Positions 57,919 to 64,000 of a DNA stretch of 64,000 nucleotides are shown here, one piece after another. The notes below the pieces were generated by a model that was not told where the DNA came from, searched no databases, and saw only the letters and a program-made list of their open reading frames with translations. Numbering within the stretch: position 1 is the stretch's first letter; every line of letters begins with the position of its first letter. Origin of the DNA: Octopus vulgaris (Eukaryota); contig OX597829.1 in NCBI GenBank assembly GCA_951406725.2, positions 18,910,001 through 18,974,000 of the forward strand, in the 5' to 3' direction. The position numbers and the translations under genes are program-made.

Positions 57919-60900
57919 ATATATATATATACATTCTTTTTCTTAATTTTGTGTGAGTATATATATATACTTTCAGCTTCCTCTTCCAAATCCATTTACA
58001 AAGTTTTAGTTGGCCTGGGACTATAGTAGAAAACACCTGTCCAAGGTGCCCTGCAGTGATACTGAACTCAGGACCATATGGTTGACAAGGAAACTTCTTA
58101 CCACACAGCCATGCTTGCACCTAGCCGCATTCAATTTGCATTAAAAATTTCTTGTTGCTCAGGCTCTTACAATGACTACAGCAGTTGTTATTTTGACACT
58201 CGTGGGTTTGTCCCCTCTCGTACAGAGTCAATTGTATTTTTTTTTTCTTTTTTACTATCTATAAAACAACACAGTTATTCATTTCCTGTTTGAATTTTGT
58301 AAAATTGAGCTAAAGAGAAGAATCTGCTGATCAATAATTGCATTTAATTAATTCCTATGTTAATTGATCCACCCATTATCTTGTTAACAGGATGCTACTT
58401 CTCTTGTGGTTATGCAAAGCGGTCTAGCATTAAATCACTTATGTTTGTGTGTTTTTAAGTATGCGTGTTTGTTTGTTACCGTACATATTTTCTGTTCTTA
58501 TGGTTTTATTCTTCAAATTCCACATTAATAGAAAAAGACTGAGTTTCTCACCCAGAAACATGTTTCTTTCATTGGAATTTTGACATCAGCAGCTTCATAT
58601 GTGTGTGTGTGTGTCCCTTTTCTTTTTCTAATTATTAGAATTTTTCCTTGAAGAAGTGATCTGGTTTCTAACAAAAGAAACAAAAGCTTCATCACAGGAA
58701 TTTGGATAGCAGCAGTGCATTCTGCACCAAAAGCCAGTATGAGAGTTTTTCTTTCAAGGTATCTACCACAGTAAAGAAGACCCACATCTATGTAGGAATA
58801 AATATTACCTCTCTGTATTAATACCTCCTCTGTTGCTTAATATATATTCTTTAACATGCTCACTGCTTAATTGCAACACCAGTGCCTGTTCAGGCATAGA
58901 TTTTCTATATATATCACTGTGAAGAGATAAATTGTTGCTAATTCTAGTGGTCGAGTGTCCATCACTGATGAGATCAAGAAAGATCGAAATCATGTGATCC
59001 GGTGATCTTGGTGCTGGAGTTTGTGGAGTGTTATCTCTCTGCTGGTGATATGAACAAACAAGCATGCATTCTGCACCAAAAGCTTGTATGAGAATTTCTC
59101 ACATGGTACCTTCCACAGTATAGTTTGTTCTAACAGGACAACCACATTTAACTGGGAATAAATAAATATTACCTCTCAATATTAATACTGCTTCTATCAC
59201 TAATATATATTTTTTAGCAATGATAAATGTTACATGTTGAATTTTAGAAAAGTTTTGCATAGTTTTACTCTTCCTCTTATGTACTATATCTGCAAATTGT
59301 GTGTTCTCATTCTTTACCCCAAAATCCTGGCTTTTTTTAATTATTCTAATAATTGGCTACTAATGTACCCAAGTGTATCAATGATTATTGGTATTAATGT
59401 AAATTTATAATCAGAATAGAGACACTCCAGGTCTCAATGTAGTAGTCTTTAAGTATTCTTTCTCTCGTTGATTTTGGAAGAAATGGTCATGTTGTTTGGT
59501 TAAGAAGTTTGTGGTAGAACCATGCGATTTCAGGTTCAGTCCCACTGCACAGCACCTTGAGTAAGTGTTTTCTACTATAGCCCTGGGCCAATGAATCAGT
59601 GAATGCCTTGGCAATGAATTTGGTAGTTTCAAACTGTGTGGAGGCCTGCTGTGACTAAGGTCAAACCAAAGAACTATACCACCTATCCTGACATCTGCAT
59701 ACTCAAGTATCAAAATAAGTTTAACATCACCACACACACCTCCATCTCCTTTATAATTACCATTCCCTCCTCCTTTCCCATCACCTTCCGCCCCTCCCTA
59801 TCAAATACACTCAGAAATGCCCCTCTCACTCCAATCAAACTTCTCATTGGTCAAAATTGATAGACAATCTTCAGTTACACATCCACTGTGGAGGTGCAAT
59901 GGCCCAGTGGTTAGGGCAGTGGACTCACGGTTGTAGGATTGTGGTTTCAATTTCCAGACCAGGCGTTGCAAGTGTTTATTGAGTGAAAACACCTAAAGCT
60001 CCGCGAGGCTCTGGCAGGGGGTGGTGGCAAACCTTGCTGTACTCTTTCACCACAACTTTCTTTCACTCTTTCTTCCTGTTTCTGTTGTACCTGTATTTCA
60101 AAGGGTCAGCCTTGTCATACTCTGTGTCATGCTGAATCTCCCCGAGAACTATGTTAAGAGTACACGTGTCTGTGGAGTGCTCAGCCACTTGCATGTTAAT
60201 TTCATGAGTAGGCTGTTCCATTGATTGGATCAACTGGAACCCTCGTTGTCATAACTGGCAGACTGCCACGATACATCCACTGTTCCTATGGATACTATGG
60301 ACTGTACTGTAATCACCCCATGAATTCAAACTATGATGGTGAGAAGCATGTGATTTATGAAAACATTAAAATATTTGTGAATTCCGCCCATATATTATTA
60401 CTATTCATGCACATACACATAACCTTAGATCATTGATCTACTCGGTCAGGATGGAGTTGGGGGCTAATCTACTACAGGGTATTCAGACTAAATTTGACAG
60501 TTTGCATAAAAGGAAAAGAAAACACAATATTCCACCTAAAAGTAAAAGTATTTTAAGAAATCAAAAAAATGTCGGCTTGGATCATAACTGGGTGATAACA
60601 GTTTCCTCAAAGTTGCTACACTTAGCTTCCACTACGGCCTCAAGCTATCTCAATAACCTGACATGTGTCTCCCTCCCTATGTCACTAGGAAGATCTTTAA
60701 GCACCTCCTTGATCTTTCCCATAACAACCTTGAGCACCTTTTTGAACTCCATATGTCTAACATATGCTTACATGCTTATGAAATCAGAAAACAACACAGC
60801 ACCCTAGACTTTCATAAACATTTTTTTTTCTTGTTCAGAACCTTACCGAAGCATGGAATAACCTACCCACATCAGTTGTTAGCTGTTGATACACAGCATC

Positions 60901-60947
60901 CTTCCAAACATACATGCTTCCTGAAATTCAGCAACAGTATTCCTGAT

Positions 60948-61365
60948 ACTCTTTACTCTTTTACTTGTTTCAGTCATTTGACCATGGCCATGCTGGAGCA
61001 CTGTCTTTAGTCGAGCAAATCGACCCCAGGACTTATTCTTTGTAAGCCTAGTACTCATTCTATCGGTCTCTTTTGCCAAACCACTAAGTTATGGGGATGT
61101 AGACACTCCAGCATCGGTTGTCAAGCGATGTTGGGGGGACAAACACAGACACACAAACATATACACACACTTATATATATATATATATATATATACATAT
61201 ATACAATGGGCTTCTTTCAGTTTCTGTCTACCAAATCCACTCACAAGGCTTTGGTCAGCCCGAGGCAATAGTAGAAGACACTTGCCCAAGGTGCCACGCA
61301 GTGGGACTGAACCCGGAACCATGTGGTTCATAAGCAAGCTACTTACCACACAGCCACTCCTACGA
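60948..61365 (-). mobile_element. SINE family A, full length. Further partial copies near 280-790, 2355, 5345, 6195, 7760, 12750 and 63000
   Basis: Same consensus. Confidence 0.85.
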
Positions 61366-63321
61366 CTATGTTTTTTTTTTATTCTTTTAAATGACTCATT
61401 CATTTCCCAGTCCTTTTTGGGGGGCATCATTCTATTATTCTTTGTGTTGTTCATGCATTTTTGGTTGCTTTTTCTGATGAGTAGTAGTGCACCTGAGCAC
61501 TGTATACAATAAGTTCGTTATTTTTTTAAGGTGGTGTTTGGAGCATAAATTAACACGAAAAATTTGATGGAAGGGTTTTAATTTGGATTGCTTTAAAACA
61601 GGAAGTTTGCATCACAGAAGCAGGGGCAGCCTTGGGCAGGTTGGTAACAAAAGGTTTAAAGAGAAAAAGAGATGGGGATAGGGGAGAGAGAAGGAGGGAG
61701 AGAAAGAAAGAAAGAGTGAAAGGAAAATGTGTTTTGAGGTGTGTGTTCTTGTGTTTACTTGTATGTATGGTTGTGTGTGCATGTGTATGTGCAAGTGTGT
61801 TTGTGTGCATATATATGTGTGCATATATATGTGTGCATATGTGTGTGTGCAAGTGTGTGCACACGTATGTACATGTGTGTGTATGTGTTTGCCTGTGTGT
61901 GTATGCATGTATGTGTATGCATGTGTGTGTGTGCATGAAAGTGTGCATCTGAAATATTTTGTCCACTTGTTGCTGTTGATTGTAATCATTATTGTTTAAT
62001 CCAACATTAGCCCTGATTGAGCATACCCTATGATCAAAAGCATTCCAGTTACGACCATCCCAGTGATTTTTTTTATTGATTTATTTTTTGGCTTTATCCA
62101 GAACTACATTTTCTAATGTGTTCTAACATTTTTTTTTTGTGTGTGTGTTTTGTCTTTTTTCCCTTATTTTCAAAGTGATAGGGTGAGGATTCTAAGACAT
62201 TTATCCCCCCCCCCCGGACAATTACCTCTGAGGACAACAGATGACGATTCAAAACTTCTTAATATATTGAAGAGGGGGGTAATTAACCAAGAGGGGTAAT
62301 TGTCCTAGGTGGTTAATTGTCCTGAGATATGAGGGAGATTTGGCTGTTGGGAGGTGGGAGAGGCAAGAGTGGGGAAAACATATATGTATATACACACACA
62401 CACACATATGCACTTCACTGAGGAGTTGTGATAAAACTGAAACATGCTCAGAGTTGTCATCACATCGTCATATCTACCAATCATGAGAGCCATTCTCTAC
62501 TACATGTTCTCACTTAATATTTTAATCCATTTAAGTTTCAGAGATGCCTTTCTTGAAAAGAATTACCATTAACATCAATGGGGAGTTTGTTTTGTTTTTT
62601 TTTCCTTTACATTACAGATGTAATTTCAGTTGATTAAACAGTGATGTTTGTTTTTGTTTTGTTTTATTCTCACGTAACTTGCATGCTTAATTAATCAATT
62701 ATTATTATCATGCTCGTAATACTTAGAGATGTGTTCTATTTCTCCCTGGAAATCCCATTTTTAACACTGAGTAAACCAGACCATTTTAAAACAAAATCTC
62801 TTTGCTTCAAATACTTTCCAATGATGATAATGATATGGGAATTGGAATATGTGTGTGTTAAAGCTGATCTCATTAGTTAATAGTTCAAAAAACTTTTAGT
62901 GACTCAACCAAATTTATGGAGCTCTCCACTCTGTCAAGTAGAAAAATATGCATTCTTTCATATTATTTAATCTTTATCGTTTTTTTTTCATTTAAAGTAT
63001 GGCTGTTTGCTAAAATGCTTGCTTTCCAATCACATGGTTTCAGGTTCAGTCCCATTGTGTGGCATCTTGGGCAAGTGTCTTCTACTATAGCCTTAAGCAA
63101 ACCAAAGCTTGTGAGTGGATTTGATAGACGGAAACTGAAAGAAGTTCATCATATATATATATCATCATCATAATCATCATCATCATTTAACGTCCGTTTT
63201 CCATGCTAGCATGGGTTGGACGGTTCAACTGGGGTCTGGGAAGCCAGAGGGCTGTGCCAGGCCCAGTCTGATCTGGCAGTGTTTCTACGGCTGGTTGCCC
63301 TTATATATATATATATATATA

Positions 63322-63454
63322 TATCATCGTCGTTTAACGTCCGTTCTCCATGCTAGCATGGGTTGGACAAAGGAAATCTGTTCCCGGCCGATGCACAGAT
63401 TTCCTTTGTCCAACCCATGCTAGCATGGAGAACGGACGTTAAACGACGATGATA
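63322..63454. repeat. Perfect 60-bp-arm hairpin built from the RTE-like LINE 3' terminus
   Basis: 63322-63381 is the exact reverse complement of 63395-63454, with a 13-nt loop. Confidence 0.95.
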
Positions 63455-64000
63455 CATACATACACACACACAGACACATATATATACATCGTTGTCATTA
63501 TGTTTAAGTGCTGTATGTCAAAATTTGGCAAAATGCGGTTTTTCCAACATTTATTTTTGCTTGTAATAGCTGGTTCTTTCGGTCAAACTATTTTATCTCC
63601 AGCTGCTTCAGATGCCAAAATATTAAATATTTTCAAAGACACTATTTCACGTTGCTCTGGTCCACTCAGCTGGCAAAAATGAGTAGTACCTGTATTTCAA
63701 GGGACCAGCCTTGTCCACACTCTGTGTCGCACTGAAGCTCCACATAAAAAAGCACTCAGCACACACTGTTGAGTGGTTGGTGTGATTGGTGTTAGGAAAG
63801 GGCACCCAGCTGTTGAACCCTTGTCAGAACAATGGAACTTGGTACTTCACCTGACCTTACCAACTCTGGTCAAACCTTCCAACCCATGCTGGTGTGGAAA
63901 ACAGATGTTAAATGACGACGACGACGACGACGACGATGATGATGATGGTGATGGTGATGGTGATGGCGATGGCGATGATGATGACGATGATGATGACATC

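Noticed and set aside
58788-58808. 21-nt GT..AG micro-intron on the minus strand, present in both duplicated units
   Set aside because: Too short for a typical metazoan spliceosome, and removal gives an early stop.

Overview
AT-rich, microsatellite-saturated eukaryotic genomic DNA. The SINE/LINE repertoire and the (TA)n/(AAT)n/(CAT)n/(TACA)n density look like a coleoid cephalopod, probably Octopus (inference from recognised repeat types, no search run). There is no prokaryotic content, rRNA, CRISPR or intact long gene, and almost all ORF-track entries are microsatellite or SINE artefacts. Supported content: (i) short + strand GT-AG exon candidates, not recognisable as exons in the ORF track, that join in phase into an unidentified host protein across >40 kb; (ii) three 5'-truncated RTE-like LINE copies, two showing a C4HC3 PHD-type finger inside the RT; (iii) RLE-type (R4/Dong-like) LINE fragments, two of them embedded in (TAA)n; (iv) a decayed mariner, a Tc1-type MITE, TTAA MITEs, a Helitron helicase remnant and non-autonomous Helitrons, including a three-level nest; (v) many tRNA-derived SINEs; (vi) several long inverted repeats, some carrying hammerhead-ribozyme-like cores typical of Penelope-like elements. 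I cannot demonstrate a new biological system. The best leads are the cryptic gene, the PHD-RT LINE, microsatellite-specific retrotransposon targeting and the hammerhead-bearing foldbacks. Most repeat boundaries are approximate (about 10-20 bp).
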